Of a DNA stretch of 63,879 nt, positions 63,483 through 63,879 are shown piece after piece (position 1 is the first letter of the stretch; each line of letters begins with the position of its first letter). The notes under the pieces are model-generated. The model was not told the origin of the DNA, did not search any database, and saw only the letters and a list, made by a program, of their open reading frames with translations. The stretch lies in NCBI RefSeq assembly GCF_001194135.2, contig NC_068987.1, positions 91,782,363-91,846,241 of the forward strand. The letters run 5' to 3'. The position numbers were made by a program, and so were the translations under genes. The stretch is from Octopus bimaculoides (lineage: Eukaryota).

Positions 63483-63798
63483 TACGGCTAAACCCTAAGG
63501 GTGAATGCTACTGCTGCTTTTTTTTCGAGATCAGTGAATTTTCGTCATTGGAAAAAGGATATATGTATTTGCAATGGGATCCCTTCGCATCGAAGATCGG
63601 TGATTGTCGTACGCCGACGAAGTGTAAATACCTAGAAACCCGGGTCCGTGCGTATCACGTCAGATCGACGATGGTAAGGATGACTTCCCTTTGCAAATAC
63701 CGACAGGGCACAGAAAGTGTGTCAATAGGCAGCTGGAGGAGATGTTCTTCTGGGGCTAAAAAAGCAACAGTAGCATTCACCCTTAGGGTCTGGCCGCA
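63483..63798. mobile_element. MITE with at least 32 bp TIRs and CpG-rich interior
   Basis: accctaagggtgaatgctactgctgctttttt (63492-63523) vs reverse complement of 63758-63789: 31/32 match; looser pairing extends to 63483/63798; inner inverted gtatttgcaa / ttgcaaatac. Confidence 0.85.
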
Positions 63799-63879
63799 TT
63801 TAAGTTGCAAATATACTCAACGTTGTCGTGCAGTTACTGTTTATACCTCTTTCAGAGATTTAACATTGCTTATATATAT

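Noticed and set aside
63492-63789. TTAGGG/CCCTAA words suggesting telomeric sequence or CRISPR-like repeats
   Set aside because: Single hexamers within MITE TIRs; no tandem array and no repeat-spacer structure anywhere in the window.

Overview
Eukaryotic, very AT-rich, microsatellite-saturated non-coding DNA with many N gaps. The SINE families and repeat landscape point to a coleoid cephalopod, most likely Octopus (inference from repeat recognition). No host protein-coding gene could be identified with confidence, and nearly all ORFs in the supplied track are microsatellite or gap artefacts. The window is a graveyard of mobile elements. It holds three tRNA-derived SINE families (about 25 copies) and remnants of R4/Dong-clade RLE LINEs, including a (TACA)n-associated copy and a 0.6 kb internally deleted derivative. 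It also holds two RTE remnants, one CR1-like remnant, three Penelope-like GIY-YIG remnants, a Chapaev-like transposase remnant and several MITEs. The most notable signal is a fourth short element. It has a tRNA-like Pol III head, an (AAT/AAC)n spacer and a body carrying a minimal hammerhead-ribozyme motif (CUGAYGA-stem II-GAAAC-GUU), at 8371-8642 (-). The same body recurs as a head-to-head palindrome (21278-21404) and as a fragment wedged between two Penelope GIY-YIG remnants (3138-3545). This suggests a ribozyme-bearing, possibly Penelope-mobilised SINE.
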